64,000 bases of DNA from an uncultured Gammaproteobacteria bacterium (lineage in GTDB: Bacteria > Patescibacteriota > Patescibacteriia > Magasanikbacterales > UBA922), in NCBI GenBank assembly GCA_964394405.1, contig CAYMVY010000001.1:38546-102545 (forward strand). The letters are read 5' to 3'. Under the pieces are notes generated by a model, which saw only the letters and a program-made list of their open reading frames with translations, had not been told where the DNA came from and made no database searches. Each line of letters starts with the position of its first letter. Position 1 is the first letter of the stretch. Positions 1-11,398 of this stretch are shown here, in pieces. The position numbers were made by a program, and so were the translations under genes.

Positions 1-49
1 GGTCTTTTCCAGATAATACGTGTACATTGTCTCCTGTTTTTATTTTCAT
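1..49 (-). CDS. rplX: 50S ribosomal protein L24, N-terminal fragment (gene continues past window start)
   Basis: Reverse complement of 1-49 reads MKIKTGDNVHVLSGKD, the conserved L24 N-terminus (KxGDxVxVxSGKD). Position directly downstream of rplN matches spc-operon order. Confidence 0.6.
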   Translation of the reverse strand, partial: MKIKTGDNVHVLSGKD

Positions 50-71
50 AGGTCTAAAAAATGTCGTAAGG

Positions 72-443
72 TTAGAGCACTTCTGGTGCAAGAGAAACAA
101 TTCGTTGAAAACCGCGACTTCGAAGTTCACGAGCAACTGGTCCAAAAATACGAGTTCCCTTTGGTTCACCTGATGCTTTATCGATAATAACTCCAGCATT
201 CTCATCAAAACGAATATAGGTTCCATCCTTGCGGCGCATCTCTTTTCTCTGTCGCACAATTACTACATGCACCACTTCACCTTTTTTGACTTGAGTTCTA
301 GGAAGAGCTTCTTTTACACTGCAGGTGACAATATCACCAATGCGTGCAAAACGCTTTCTATATCCACCAAGCACACGAATACACATGAGCCGCTTGGCTC
401 CGCTATTATCAGCAACGGTGAGAATACTTCTATGTTGAATCAT
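72..443 (-). CDS. rplN: 50S ribosomal protein L14
   Basis: 123 aa starting [27 protein letters not shown], a typical L14 sequence. Operon position between L24 and S17. Confidence 0.95.
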   Translation of the reverse strand: MIQHRSILTVADNSGAKRLMCIRVLGGYRKRFARIGDIVTCSVKEALPRTQVKKGEVVHVVIVRQRKEMRRKDGTYIRFDENAGVIIDKASGEPKGTRIFGPVARELRSRGFQRIVSLAPEVL

Positions 444-468
444 ATATACAAATTACCGCTAGGTGTAT

Positions 469-747
469 TTAAGTCTTTGCCTTGGTCAAGACACTTACGA
501 GTGTCCAGCGTTTGGTCTTACTCAAAGGTCGACATTCTTCAAACACTATTACATCACCCACATGTGCCGCACCTTTTTCATCATGAACCGCATATTTTTT
601 ACTTCGGGTGTACTGCTTGTGATACTTAGGATGTGTCTTGATCGTATGAACCAACACATGGATAGTTTTGTGTTCCTTGGTACTCACAACTTCACCCTCA
701 AAACGGCGACGATGTACTTTCTGTGTTGTTGATGTAGTAGTATTCAT
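469..747 (-). CDS. rpsQ: 30S ribosomal protein S17
   Basis: 92 aa with the S17 OB-fold signature (KTIHVLVHTIKTHPKYHK...DVIVFEECRPLSKTKRW). Confidence 0.92.
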   Translation of the reverse strand: MNTTTSTTQKVHRRRFEGEVVSTKEHKTIHVLVHTIKTHPKYHKQYTRSKKYAVHDEKGAAHVGDVIVFEECRPLSKTKRWTLVSVLTKAKT

Positions 748-764
748 AATATAGATCTTCTGGA

Positions 765-968
765 TTAAACACTGCTACTAGAACGTTTGGTTCTAATGGT
801 GCCAAGAAGGCGTGCAATGTCTTGTCGTGTACTGCGAATAGCTCGAACATTTTTAAGCTGATTTCCATTCACAGAAAAACGAAGAACCCGCAACTCTTCT
901 CTCTTTTGAGAAAGAGCTTCGTGTAATTCTTGGATGCTCTGTAGTTGTAAATCCTTCACGTGTAACAT
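765..968 (-). CDS. rpmC: 50S ribosomal protein L29
   Basis: L29-like helical protein (ELHEALSQKREELRVLRF). The track ORF extends to 998; the internal Met at 968 avoids overlap with rplP and gives the usual 67 aa. Confidence 0.85.
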   Translation of the reverse strand: MLHVKDLQLQSIQELHEALSQKREELRVLRFSVNGNQLKNVRAIRSTRQDIARLLGTIRTKRSSSSV

Positions 969-981
969 ATAAAATAATAAT

Positions 982-1395
982 TTATGATCGAGAGACAAAA
1001 ACTGCAGTAACCGGAAGCTTATATGCTGCCTGAATCAGTGCTTCTCGCGCGTCAGCCTCGGGTACCCCTTCCATCTCAAACATTACCACTCCAGGTTTAA
1101 TGGTGCAGACATAATGATCTGGTGATCCTTTTCCTCCACCCATCGGAACTTCACTTCCCTTTCTGGTTACTGGTCGATCAGGGAAAATACGAATCCAAAT
1201 CTTTCCTCCACGCTTCACATAGCGAGTGAGTACACGACGAGCAGCTTCAATCTGACGAGAAGAAACCCATGCATGTGAAGTTGCCTTGAGACCAAAACTT
1301 CCAAAAGCAACAGTGTTGGTACGTGAAGCAACCCCCTTATTCATACGTCGAGGTTTGTGCCACTTTCTATGTTTTACTTTTTTAGGGACTAACAT
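982..1395 (-). CDS. rplP: 50S ribosomal protein L16
   Basis: 137 aa starting [21 protein letters not shown], which is the L16/L10e N-terminus. Confidence 0.95.
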   Translation of the reverse strand: MLVPKKVKHRKWHKPRRMNKGVASRTNTVAFGSFGLKATSHAWVSSRQIEAARRVLTRYVKRGGKIWIRIFPDRPVTRKGSEVPMGGGKGSPDHYVCTIKPGVVMFEMEGVPEADAREALIQAAYKLPVTAVFVSRS

Positions 1396-1397
1396 AT

Positions 1398-2084
1398 TTA
1401 TTTCTTCTTGCGTTTAATTGATTCAGTTTTTTCCGCCAATTTATCGATCTCTACAAACGATTCTCCCAGATAAATCCAAACTTTTACTCCAATCGCTCCA
1501 TAAATCGTATGTGCAGTGTAATCAGTATAATCAACATTACTTCGAAGAGTAGTCAATGGAATTTTTCCAGCTGACAAAGTTTCGCGGCGAGCAATTTCTG
1601 CGCCATTCAAACGTCCGGACATAGAAATTTTGACACCCTGAGCTCCTGCTTTCATCACGCGCTCGATCGTAGACTTCATAGTTCTGCGGAATGGGATACG
1701 ATTTTCCACATCCTTTGCAATTCCTTCAGCCACGATTACTGCAGAGAGAGAAGGATTGCGAACTTCTTGAACATTCAATTTCACTGCAATAGACATTTTC
1801 AAAAACTTTCGTTCGATTTCTTTTTTCAACACCTCAAGCCCTTGCCCACCTCGTCCAATAATTACCCCAGGCTTTCCAGCAAAAATGGTAACAACGATAT
1901 TTTTTGCACCGCGCTCAATAAAGACAGTGTCAAGCTGCGCGTCTTTGAATTTCTCAGTCAAATATTCCCGAATTTTTACATCTTGTTCAAGATATTCCGG
2001 ATATTTGGTAGTACTTACCCAGCGGGAAATCCACGGGAATAAGATGCCGGTTCGGTAGATTTTGGGGTGAACTTTGTGACCCAT
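1398..2084 (-). CDS. rpsC: 30S ribosomal protein S3
   Basis: 228 aa starting [14 protein letters not shown], with KH and S3-C domains. Confidence 0.95.
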   Translation of the reverse strand: MGHKVHPKIYRTGILFPWISRWVSTTKYPEYLEQDVKIREYLTEKFKDAQLDTVFIERGAKNIVVTIFAGKPGVIIGRGGQGLEVLKKEIERKFLKMSIAVKLNVQEVRNPSLSAVIVAEGIAKDVENRIPFRRTMKSTIERVMKAGAQGVKISMSGRLNGAEIARRETLSAGKIPLTTLRSNVDYTDYTAHTIYGAIGVKVWIYLGESFVEIDKLAEKTESIKRKKK

Positions 2085-2114
2085 ACGGTGTATTAAATCG
2101 TTATCTAGTGAAAT

Positions 2115-2603
2115 TTATGAAACTTTTTTTGCTGTCGATGATTTTGCACGTGGCTTTCGTGCGCGCACAGTTTTTGCCTTTGTTGATTTCTTTTCAGCAG
2201 TCTTCTCAGTATTAGTACCTGATTCGAGAGCCTTCTCTTCACTCACTGGCTGAGAAGGAGTACTAGACTCACCAGAAAGCACCAAGGTGATATGTGAACT
2301 TCGCTTTCGAAGCGGAGTAGCACGTCCTTGCGCTCGAGGCATCCATCGCTTGAGTACTACACCTTCATTTACAAAGATAGTAGAAATAACCAGCTGAGAA
2401 GCATCCATCTTATGATTATTAACCGCATTTGCAATAGCTGAATTCAAAAGAGTTAGTACAGGCTTTGCTGCAGCTTTCCGTGAAAACTGGAGCTGAGCTT
2501 GTGCTTCACGAACATGCATACCTCGAATCAAATCGACGATAAGCCGTACTTTCTGCGGACTCATGCGGAGACTATTTAGTTGTGCTTTTGCTTCCATCTT
2601 CAT
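2115..2603 (-). CDS. rplV: 50S ribosomal protein L22 with basic C-terminal extension
   Basis: L22 core (SPQKVRLIVDLIRGMHVREAQAQLQFSRKAAA) followed by a K/A-rich tail of about 45 aa. Confidence 0.9.
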   Translation of the reverse strand: MKMEAKAQLNSLRMSPQKVRLIVDLIRGMHVREAQAQLQFSRKAAAKPVLTLLNSAIANAVNNHKMDASQLVISTIFVNEGVVLKRWMPRAQGRATPLRKRSSHITLVLSGESSTPSQPVSEEKALESGTNTEKTAEKKSTKAKTVRARKPRAKSSTAKKVS

Positions 2604-2613
2604 ATAGAGCTAG

Positions 2614-2940
2614 TTATTTTGCTGTTGCTGCAGGCGCTGCTGGTTTTGCTGGAGCCGCTGCCTTACTCTCTTCCTTCGCCATCTTACCACCATGGCTCAC
2701 AAACTTTCGAGTCAATGAAAATTCTCCGAGTTTGTGACCAACCATATTTTCATCGACCAAAACTTCAGGAAAATCTTTACCATTGTGGATTTGAAACTTA
2801 AGACCAACCATCGCAGGAGTAATCGTAGAAGCACGTGCCCAGGTCTTGATCGGCTTTTTGTCTCCATTTCGAAGAGCCTTCTCAACTTTCGCCATGAGCT
2901 TAAGGTCTACATATGGTCCTTTTTTCAAACTTCGTGACAT
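2614..2940 (-). CDS. rpsS: 30S ribosomal protein S19
   Basis: Starts [20 protein letters not shown] and contains GHKLGEF; a classic S19. Confidence 0.95.
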   Translation of the reverse strand: MSRSLKKGPYVDLKLMAKVEKALRNGDKKPIKTWARASTITPAMVGLKFQIHNGKDFPEVLVDENMVGHKLGEFSLTRKFVSHGGKMAKEESKAAAPAKPAAPAATAK

Positions 2941-2960
2941 ATTCTTATTTTATCTATGGT

Positions 2961-3809
2961 TTATTTCTTTCTCTTTTTTGAGACCCGTCGTGACACGATA
3001 AATTTGTCACTTGCTTTCTTCAATCTGGTCTTCACACCACGAGCTGGTTTACCCCATGGAGTACGAGGTCCTCGTCTCTGACCAATCGGAGAATGTCCTT
3101 CTCCTCCACCGTGTGGGTGATCCACTGGGTTCATATTTTTACCAATAACGGTTGGTCGGATTCCTCGATAGCGCACACGTCCAGCTTTTCCCCATCTAAT
3201 GAGTTTGTAATCTGGATTTCCCAATTGTCCAACACTTGCAATACATTCTTTTTTTACCAATCGAACTTCAGAAGAAGGCATTTTCAATTGAGCATACTTT
3301 CCTTCAATAACCATGAGCTGAATTCCAATACCTGCTCCTCGTCCGAGCTGTCCACCTTTTCCAGGTTCGAGCTCTACGTTGTAAACAAACATGCCGGCAG
3401 GAATATACTCAAGTGGCATTCTATTTCCATTTTTTGCTTCAATCTTTCCTTTTGAGGACAATACCACATCACCGACTTTAATACCATGATACGCCAAAAT
3501 GTATGATTTTGTGCCATTAGCATATTCGATAAGTGCAATTCGAGGTCCACGATTTGGGTCATACTCAATCGCAACAACAGTTGCAGGAACATCAAAAATT
3601 TGTTGTTTGAAATCCACCATGCGGTAATATCTCTTTACCCCACCACCCTGGTGCCGTACCGTAATTTTTCCCGTATTATTTCGTCCAGAATGTTTCTTGA
3701 GAGGAACGACCAATGATTTCTCAGGATTATGTTTGGTAATATCAGAAAAATCCTGAACACTTGAATTCCGTCGTCCTGCACTTGTTGGTTTGTGGATTTT
3801 GATTGGCAT
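2961..3809 (-). CDS. rplB: 50S ribosomal protein L2
   Basis: 282 aa with L2 motifs (GRNNTGKITVRHQGGG, HPHGGGEG). Confidence 0.95.
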   Translation of the reverse strand: MPIKIHKPTSAGRRNSSVQDFSDITKHNPEKSLVVPLKKHSGRNNTGKITVRHQGGGVKRYYRMVDFKQQIFDVPATVVAIEYDPNRGPRIALIEYANGTKSYILAYHGIKVGDVVLSSKGKIEAKNGNRMPLEYIPAGMFVYNVELEPGKGGQLGRGAGIGIQLMVIEGKYAQLKMPSSEVRLVKKECIASVGQLGNPDYKLIRWGKAGRVRYRGIRPTVIGKNMNPVDHPHGGGEGHSPIGQRRGPRTPWGKPARGVKTRLKKASDKFIVSRRVSKKRKK

Positions 3810-3843
3810 ACGTAATCTTTTTTCTAAAAATTCAAGTTCTTAC

Positions 3844-4257
3844 TTATACTCCCTCATGTACCCGAATTGAATCTCCCACTTTGAGGGTCACGATCGCTTT
3901 CTTGGTATCAGAGCGTCTTCCAGAATATGCTCCAAATCGTACTTCCTTACCTTGCAAACGGATCATACGAACTTTCTGTGGAACCACACCATATACCGAA
4001 GCGATAGCTTTTTTTACATCAGTCTTGGTCGCATTCGAATGGACTACAAAGGTATATGAGCGAAAAGATTCTGCAATTGCTGCTTTTTCACTTGCGAGAG
4101 GTTTCAATAATACACGAAATGCTGCGCCTGCTTTTTTTGAAGGAGTGATAGCAGGTTCAGTATTTTTTGCAGCACGAACCTTGGGGGTGCGTGTAGCCTC
4201 GGTCTCCTCTGCCTTCTTCATCGTAGATTTTTTTGAAAACTTCTTAAGCAGACTCAT
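3844..4257 (-). CDS. rplW: 50S ribosomal protein L23 with N-terminal basic extension
   Basis: C-terminal 95 aa match L23 (YTFVVHSNATKTDVKKAIASVYGVVPQKV). The start may be the internal Met. Confidence 0.85.
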   Translation of the reverse strand: MSLLKKFSKKSTMKKAEETEATRTPKVRAAKNTEPAITPSKKAGAAFRVLLKPLASEKAAIAESFRSYTFVVHSNATKTDVKKAIASVYGVVPQKVRMIRLQGKEVRFGAYSGRRSDTKKAIVTLKVGDSIRVHEGV

Positions 4258-4261
4258 ATAA

Positions 4262-4891
4262 TTATTTTACAAATCGTTTTTCAAGTGCAGTAACTGCATC
4301 TGATGACATGATCACATATTGATGATGTAGTAAATCAACGACATTCACATCTGCTGCTCGGACGAGATCAATCTGTGGTACATTAGCAACAGCATTCACA
4401 AGCTCTGGAGTAAAATCTGAAACAATAAATACCGTACTCTTTCCACTTCCAGGCAATGCACTTCTAAACTGTGAGACTAGTGCAGCCTTGCCTTTGAAGT
4501 CAACAGATTCTACGACAAACAATCGACCATGTACGACTTTATCAGAAAAACATGATTTAACTGCTCCAATTTTCATTTTCTTATTAATTTTTTGAGTGTA
4601 GGTTCGCTCACTGAGAGGACCAAAAGTGATTCCTCCACCTCTCCACAATGGAGAGCGGATAGACCCGTGTCGTGCGCGACCAGTTCCCTTCTGTTTCCAA
4701 GGTTTCTTTCCTCCACCACGAACATCGCCTCGCATTTTGGTATGCGCCCATGCTTCTCGTACATTTGCTCGCATCGCAACATATACCTGGTGCACGAGTG
4801 AAGAATTTGGTTTTACGCTGAAGATATCTTCGCGTACCTCAAGATCTGATTTTTTTTCTCCAACTTGGTTGTATACTGGTAATGTAGCCAT
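4262..4891 (-). CDS. rplD: 50S ribosomal protein L4
   Basis: 209 aa L4/L1e family protein, positioned between L3 and L23. Confidence 0.9.
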   Translation of the reverse strand: MATLPVYNQVGEKKSDLEVREDIFSVKPNSSLVHQVYVAMRANVREAWAHTKMRGDVRGGGKKPWKQKGTGRARHGSIRSPLWRGGGITFGPLSERTYTQKINKKMKIGAVKSCFSDKVVHGRLFVVESVDFKGKAALVSQFRSALPGSGKSTVFIVSDFTPELVNAVANVPQIDLVRAADVNVVDLLHHQYVIMSSDAVTALEKRFVK

Positions 4892-4923
4892 ACATTCGTA
4901 CTCGAAAATAAATTTATGCGTTC

Positions 4924-5625
4924 TTAAGTAACTGGAGTTTCTGACAGAACTTCTACTGACTCCACCTTTGTCTCAACAACAGGGGTTGCCTGTTCTTCTA
5001 TAGTAACCATTCCTTCACTGGTTGAAATATATACCAATCCATTACGTGCTCCAGGAATTGCTCCTTTGATCAATAATTCATGTGATTCAGGATGTACTTC
5101 AATAATCTCAAGATTTTTAACCGTCACCTGATCATTTCCCATGTGTCCGCCCATACGCATATTCTTGAATACGCGCTGTACGCCACCAGCTCCGATACTA
5201 CCAGGCATACGAAGGTTATCTTTGTGTCCATGACTTGCAGGACCTCCGGCAAATCCATGGCGTTTTACTACACCCTGGAAGCCTTTTCCTTTTGACATAC
5301 CTGTAACCTGTACTTTCTCTCCTGCTGCAAAAATACCTGCATTGAATCGATCACCTTTCTTAAGATGAGCTACATCGCCTCTAAAATCTTTGAGAAAACG
5401 GACAGTAAGCTGTGGGTTGTCTGCAACAGTAATATCTTTGAGATGTCCTTTCTCAGCTTTAGTCAAACGAAAAGCTTTCTGTACTCCAAAACCAATTTGC
5501 GCAGCACCTTCTTTCACTTGTGTGACAACACAAGGACCCGCTTGTACGCGAGTTACCGGAACTACGGTTCCATCTGCTTTGAATACTTGTGTCATTCCTA
5601 CTTTTTTCCCAATGATGAATTTCAT
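4924..5625 (-). CDS. rplC: 50S ribosomal protein L3
   Basis: Starts MKFIIGKKVGMTQVF and contains FKADGTVVPVTRV; a classic L3. Confidence 0.95.
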   Translation of the reverse strand: MKFIIGKKVGMTQVFKADGTVVPVTRVQAGPCVVTQVKEGAAQIGFGVQKAFRLTKAEKGHLKDITVADNPQLTVRFLKDFRGDVAHLKKGDRFNAGIFAAGEKVQVTGMSKGKGFQGVVKRHGFAGGPASHGHKDNLRMPGSIGAGGVQRVFKNMRMGGHMGNDQVTVKNLEIIEVHPESHELLIKGAIPGARNGLVYISTSEGMVTIEEQATPVVETKVESVEVLSETPVT

Positions 5626-5924
5626 ACCAGTTTTGTTTTTGAAAACTTCCTAGTTACCTCTATTAAAAAACTAGAAGCAAGCAAGCCACCGATACCCTGT
5701 GACATTCTTACTTCTAGCCTCTAAAAAACCATTGGTATATGGAGTTTACTGAAGGCAATTGTAATATGTAATGAATAGCATTCCTCATATGCATCACCTC
5801 TCGCTTCAGATGTTTTCCCCCTATAGTAACGAGGGATCTTATCTGCTCAAAAGATAGTGCATTTTCTTGTGGGACAAGTGTACCCTATTCCAAAGTACCT
5901 GTCAAGTCCCAAATTGTACACAGT
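5626..5924 (-). promoter_or_regulatory. Internal promoter (TTGACA-N17-TACACT) plus a roughly 270-nt structured 5' leader preceding rplC
   Basis: The minus strand reads gggacTTGACAggtactttggaatagggTACACT shortly after the rpsJ stop, followed by about 270 nt with no ORF before the rplC ATG. rpsJ-rplC spacers are usually short. Confidence 0.45.
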
Positions 5925-6266
5925 TTACATCATTTTAATCTCCACATCTACCCCACTTGGCAAGTTCAAATTCATAAGCGCGTCAATTGCTTTTGGGCTT
6001 GGGGAATGGATATCAAGAAGTCTCTTGTGCGTGCGCATTTCATACTGCTCCTGTGCAGTCTTATGAACGAAAGTTGCACGGTTTACACTGTACTTCTGGA
6101 TATGTGTAGGAAGTGGAACTGGGCCTACCACCTTTGCGCCATTGCGCTCTGCAGTATCAATAATAGTTTTCGTTGCACCATCAATAATTTTGTGATCGTA
6201 TGCTTTAATTTTTACACGAACACGTGGGCCAGCTTCTTCTGTTGTTTTCTTTGGTGTAGTAACCAT
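5925..6266 (-). CDS. rpsJ: 30S ribosomal protein S10
   Basis: Contains RVKIKAYDHKIIDGATKTIIDTAERNGAKVVGPVPLPT, the S10 signature. Confidence 0.95.
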   Translation of the reverse strand: MVTTPKKTTEEAGPRVRVKIKAYDHKIIDGATKTIIDTAERNGAKVVGPVPLPTHIQKYSVNRATFVHKTAQEQYEMRTHKRLLDIHSPSPKAIDALMNLNLPSGVDVEIKMM

Positions 6267-6295
6267 AATGAGCGATTTTTTAGAGAGTCAATCTC

Positions 6296-6323
6296 ATCCC
6301 GCCCCCTTTCACGGGAGCGGGAT
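6296..6323 (-). other. GC hairpin between tuf and rpsJ (atcccgccccctttcacgggagcgggat)
   Basis: Imperfect inverted repeat in the 71-nt tuf-rpsJ spacer with no T-tract after it. Possibly a processing or attenuation structure. Confidence 0.3.
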
Positions 6324-6337
6324 AAGAAATGACAGTA

Positions 6338-7555
6338 TTATGCAATAATCTTAGTAACAACCCCTGCTCCTACGGTGCGACCACCTTCACGGATAGCGAA
6401 GCGCATTTGCTCTTCGATAGCTACAGGAACAATAAGCTTGATTTTGATATTTACCGTATCACCTGGCATTACCATCTCAGTTCCCTCTGGAAGAGTAACT
6501 TCTCCGGTAACGTCAGTGGTTCGAATATAGAACTGTGGTTTGTACCCATTGAAGAATGGCTTGTGTCGTCCACCTTCTTCTTTGGTCAACGCGTATACTT
6601 CAGCTTCTACTTCAGTATGAGGTTTGATTGAACCAGTCTTTGCAAGCACCATACCGCGCTCTACTTCTTCTTTCTTGGTACCACGAAGCAAGATTCCGGC
6701 ATTGTCTCCTGCCTGACCCTGCTGCAATGATTTGTTGAACATTTCAACTCCAGTCACCGTAGTCTTCATGGTTTCAGGGCGCATACCAACGATCTCGATT
6801 TCATCACCGATCTTGATAATACCACGCTCAATACGACCAGTTACTACAGTTCCGCGTCCTTCAATTGAGAACACGTCTTCTACAGGCATGAAGAAATTCT
6901 TATCAAGATCACGAATTGGATCTGGAATATACTCATCAAGAGTCTTCAAGAGATCAAGAATAGGCTTAGCAGCTTCAGCATCATTTGGATTCTCAAGAGC
7001 CTTGAGAGAAGAACCTCGTACAATTGGAGTAGTATCTCCAGGGAACTGGTATTTCTTCAACAGATCTCGAACTTCTTCTTCCACAAGGTCGATAAGTTCA
7101 GGATCAGTTACCTGATCAACTTTGTTCAAATAAACAACGATATAAGGTACTCCTACCTGGCGTGCGAGAAGAATGTGCTCGCGAGTCTGAGGCATCGGAC
7201 CGTCTGCTGCAGAAACTACAAGAATAGCTCCGTCCATCTGTGCTGCACCAGTAATCATGTTCTTTACATAGTCAGCATGACCAGGACAGTCTACGTGAGC
7301 GTAGTGTCGCTTTTCAGTTTCATACTCTACGTGTGCAGTAGCAATGGTGATACCACGAGCTTTTTCTTCAGGAGCTGCGTCGATTTCATCAACGTTCTTT
7401 GCCTGAGCTTGTAAACCATGAGCAGCAGCAACTTTGAGGATTGCAGCAGTCGTCGTGGTCTTACCGTGGTCTACGTGACCAATTGTTCCCACATTCACAT
7501 GCGGTTTGTTTCTTAGAAATTCTGCCATATTGGGTGGCTTAGTTCTTTCCCGCAC
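6338..7555 (-). CDS. tuf: Elongation factor Tu
   Basis: 405 aa with [17 protein letters not shown] and NKVD G-motifs; full EF-Tu domain structure. Confidence 0.97.
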   Translation of the reverse strand: MRERTKPPNMAEFLRNKPHVNVGTIGHVDHGKTTTTAAILKVAAAHGLQAQAKNVDEIDAAPEEKARGITIATAHVEYETEKRHYAHVDCPGHADYVKNMITGAAQMDGAILVVSAADGPMPQTREHILLARQVGVPYIVVYLNKVDQVTDPELIDLVEEEVRDLLKKYQFPGDTTPIVRGSSLKALENPNDAEAAKPILDLLKTLDEYIPDPIRDLDKNFFMPVEDVFSIEGRGTVVTGRIERGIIKIGDEIEIVGMRPETMKTTVTGVEMFNKSLQQGQAGDNAGILLRGTKKEEVERGMVLAKTGSIKPHTEVEAEVYALTKEEGGRHKPFFNGYKPQFYIRTTDVTGEVTLPEGTEMVMPGDTVNIKIKLIVPVAIEEQMRFAIREGGRTVGAGVVTKIIA

Positions 7556-7638
7556 TACATCCGAATGGTCGGAGTAGATTTATATCCAGCGGAGATAAAT
7601 ATTTAAATTAAAATAAAGGCATACGAAATGCGTTGGGG

Positions 7639-7667
7639 AGTATACGGTATTTATAGAAACTCGTCAA
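7639..7667 (-). promoter_or_regulatory. sigma70-type promoter for tuf (TTGACG-N17-TATACT)
   Basis: The minus strand reads cTTGACGagtttctataaataccgTATACT about 85 nt upstream of the tuf ATG. Confidence 0.5.
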
Positions 7668-7726
7668 GAGGGGTTTCCCTGGGGAAAACCTGGGGATTAC
7701 TAGGGGCAAAAAAACAGTAAAATTCC

Positions 7727-8308
7727 CTAAGTAATTGGCTCCTCCAAAAATACCGGATCATCATCGCCTTCAAGCGAAGATTCCTCCTCAAATAATGCAG
7801 TGCTCACGCCCGATGAATCCATGCTTATTCCTGAAGTTACCTCCATAGGTTGAAACGAACGTGGTTCTTCGACTGGAGTATAGGTATGAATGGGTTCTGC
7901 AGAATCATCCTCATTCAATTTTCTTTTCTTATGACGAGTATCAATCAGATCGCTCACCCGATGCCAGTCAGTATGATGTGCAAAATCTTCCTCAAAAGGG
8001 TCAGATAATGGTTCGTCTGCAAGCTGGTCTTCGAGAAGTGCAGCTTGTTTGTCACGGGTATTCAGCTCCTGGTAAGATCTCCAAATCGCAATATCACGAT
8101 TGATCTTATCAATCAATTCTCGCTCTGACATTTCTTCAAGTAAATATTCATCATAATCTCCATGTCCAAACTGATTGGAGGAAACCAATTCTTCGTACTG
8201 CTCAAATGGCAAAACCACCACATCATGTGCTTGGGTTGGGTCATGGATCACCACCGTATCCCCTGTTTTTTTCGAAAGCGAAAGTATCCGGTTGAGTCTA
8301 TCAATCAT
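7727..8308 (-). CDS. Hypothetical acidic protein (D/E-rich)
   Basis: 193-aa ORF in an intergenic gap with no recognizable domain. It has its own promoter, TTGACA-N17-gTATAAT. Confidence 0.6.
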   Translation of the reverse strand: MIDRLNRILSLSKKTGDTVVIHDPTQAHDVVVLPFEQYEELVSSNQFGHGDYDEYLLEEMSERELIDKINRDIAIWRSYQELNTRDKQAALLEDQLADEPLSDPFEEDFAHHTDWHRVSDLIDTRHKKRKLNEDDSAEPIHTYTPVEEPRSFQPMEVTSGISMDSSGVSTALFEEESSLEGDDDPVFLEEPIT

Positions 8309-8343
8309 AGGATATATTAATAATAAATTGGGGGGATGTACTG

Positions 8344-8373
8344 ATTATACCTACAGAAAAGTCAGGGTGTCAA
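8344..8373 (-). promoter_or_regulatory. Near-consensus sigma70 promoter (TTGACA-N17/18-TATAAT)
   Basis: The minus strand reads gTTTGACAccctgacttttctgtagGTATAATcag about 35 nt upstream of the ATG at 8308. Confidence 0.55.
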
Positions 8374-8492
8374 ACCGAAAAAAATACAATTATTCTAATT
8401 GACCTAAGTACTCTAAAATAATACACCATTTGAAATAAGTTAGAATGATTAGAATAATTTTCCCATCCGTTCTATTTATCCACCAAAAAATC

Positions 8493-8521
8493 TTGACGCA
8501 TGATAAAAAAAATAATACAAT
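8493..8521 (+). promoter_or_regulatory. sigma70 promoter (TTGACG-N17-TACAAT) driving a non-coding transcript
   Basis: The plus strand reads cTTGACGcatgataaaaaaaataaTACAAT. Confidence 0.5.
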
Positions 8522-8527
8522 GATCGT

Positions 8528-8897
8528 CTGTTCTTTTTTTGGTATAAGAGTTACTGTGTGGAAAGCTAGTCCGATGAGGAGCAAGCGCTGGTGAATAATT
8601 CACCGCCCTTTCTCCTGACCGGACTTCTCTGTCCGCCAGGTTAGATCGCATTCGCGATCTTCATCTTCTACCGCCACACAAAGGAAAATACCATGCGCCT
8701 CAGGGTTGCAATCAAAAGGCCTGAATCACTCTTCGCCCTGTCCGTGGTCGCCTCCGGACTCATCCTGTCGATCGCAGGACTGTTCCGGAGCTGAACTTCG
8801 TCCGATCTTCGGCCCCCCTCCTCCGGGAGGGGTGGCCTATCGGACGAAAAAAACAAACCAAAAAAAACAAAACGCGATATTGCGTTTTTTTGTTTAT
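8528..8897 (+). ncRNA. Candidate structured ncRNA of about 370 nt with unknown identity
   Basis: Bounded by the promoter at 8493-8521 and an intrinsic terminator (aaaacgcgatattgcgttttttt, 8866-8897). About 57% GC in an AT-rich genome. Multiple nested GC helices, for example cgtccgat...ggcccccctcctccgggaggggtggcc...atcggacg and ctccgga...tccggag. No SD-linked ORF. Confidence 0.45.
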
Positions 8898-9121
8898 TAA
8901 CAATCAAAGAACACTAATTGTGTACAACAAAATAATTAAAGTTAATATCAAAATATTTGTTAAATAAAACATTAGGGGTTCGGGGGTGAAAACTGTCCGA
9001 GCTACGAGTGTAGAATAAATGGGGAAACTTAGTGAGGCGAGTTTTTTCACCCCCGAAACTTTTTGTAAAACTTTTTGGTTACAAAAAGTTTTGGATAAAG
9101 CATTTAAGTATTTTGCAAATA

Positions 9122-9162
9122 AATTAAAAACAAAAACCCCGCTCTTCCTAGAAGGGCGGGGC
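9122..9162 (-). terminator. Intrinsic terminator downstream of the 16S rRNA gene
   Basis: The minus strand reads ccccgcccttctaggaagagcggggtttttgttttt. Confidence 0.6.
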
Positions 9163-9331
9163 TATGTTATTGAAGATATTTCACAAAATACATGTGGCAA
9201 AAACCTTGTTCCGACGTTACGTCGAGAACGATTGAATGTTTTCTTATACTTAGAGCAATGCCAGATCATACTCTTGCGAGTGTAATCATGACTTTGGATA
9301 AATCTCGATTTTCATCGAGATCAGACTCCAG

Positions 9332-10835
<1,504 letters not shown>

Positions 10836-11270
10836 TTGAGTTTATTTCTTCCGAAGAAGAAATTAGTGTTTGATTGTAATCAACATATTTACTCAAAAAT
10901 ATGTATGATTCTCATATACTAGATTAAGCATATGAGTTAGCTCTAAGAAAATAGACAATCAATCTGGTTTTTGCCACGTGTATTACGTGAACTTCGCTGC
11001 GCATCCTCCCGAAGGAGCCTGGCGCAACACCATATTAATTATTTTTGCTGTATTGTTGTTTCACATCTTCAAATTGTAAAGATCGTACCCTTTTTTTCTT
11101 TGGTAAAAGAAAAAAGAGAAACTCTGTTGCCTTTGGAATGTATGTGTTATCCAAAAGCAAATATAGTCGCTCTTTTCTTAGTATCTCGGGGTCAGTGACA
11201 GGCTCGCCTTAGCAAGGCTAGTAGACTTGAGAAAAGGTTAGGTTATAAACATCATTTTCAGTGCTCGCAT

Positions 11271-11299
11271 ATAGTATAAAACTCTGAAACATCTGTCAA
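11271..11299 (-). promoter_or_regulatory. sigma70 promoter (TTGACA-N17-TACTAT) upstream of 16S
   Basis: The minus strand reads cTTGACAgatgtttcagagttttaTACTAT about 430 nt upstream of the mature 16S 5' end. Confidence 0.45.
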
Positions 11300-11398
11300 G
11301 TGGTATGGCAAGTCCCAATTGTTCACACATTGGGGATAACTTGATAGAAGGCAAAAGTTAAAAGTAAAAAGTCAAAAGAATAATACCCTCTCTAAAGA

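Noticed and set aside
267-5724. Numerous 60-150-aa ORFs on the plus strand overlapping the ribosomal-protein genes (e.g. 267..629, 463..732, 1767..2042, 3093..3455, 3803..4261, 4626..4931, 5365..5724)
   Set aside because: They are antisense to strongly identified r-protein genes, have low-complexity or odd composition and no SD. They are shadows of the real frames.
8528-8897. Attempted identification of the ncRNA as RNase P RNA, tmRNA, SRP RNA or 5S
   Set aside because: A GGAAAG-cua-GUCCG resemblance to RNase P CR-I is present, but no matching CR-V/P4 partner at the right distance. No tRNA-like GGTTCGANTCC T-arm or CCA end for tmRNA. No GUCAGGUCCGGAAGGAAGCAGC-type SRP domain IV. A CCUGGCGG on the minus strand lacks the complementary 5S 3' end. 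Left as unidentified.
8668-8907. ORFs 8706..8900 (+) and 8668..8907 (-) inside the ncRNA candidate
   Set aside because: Low-complexity P/S/G-rich translations with no SD. The region has the signature of a structured RNA (nested GC helices, promoter and terminator).
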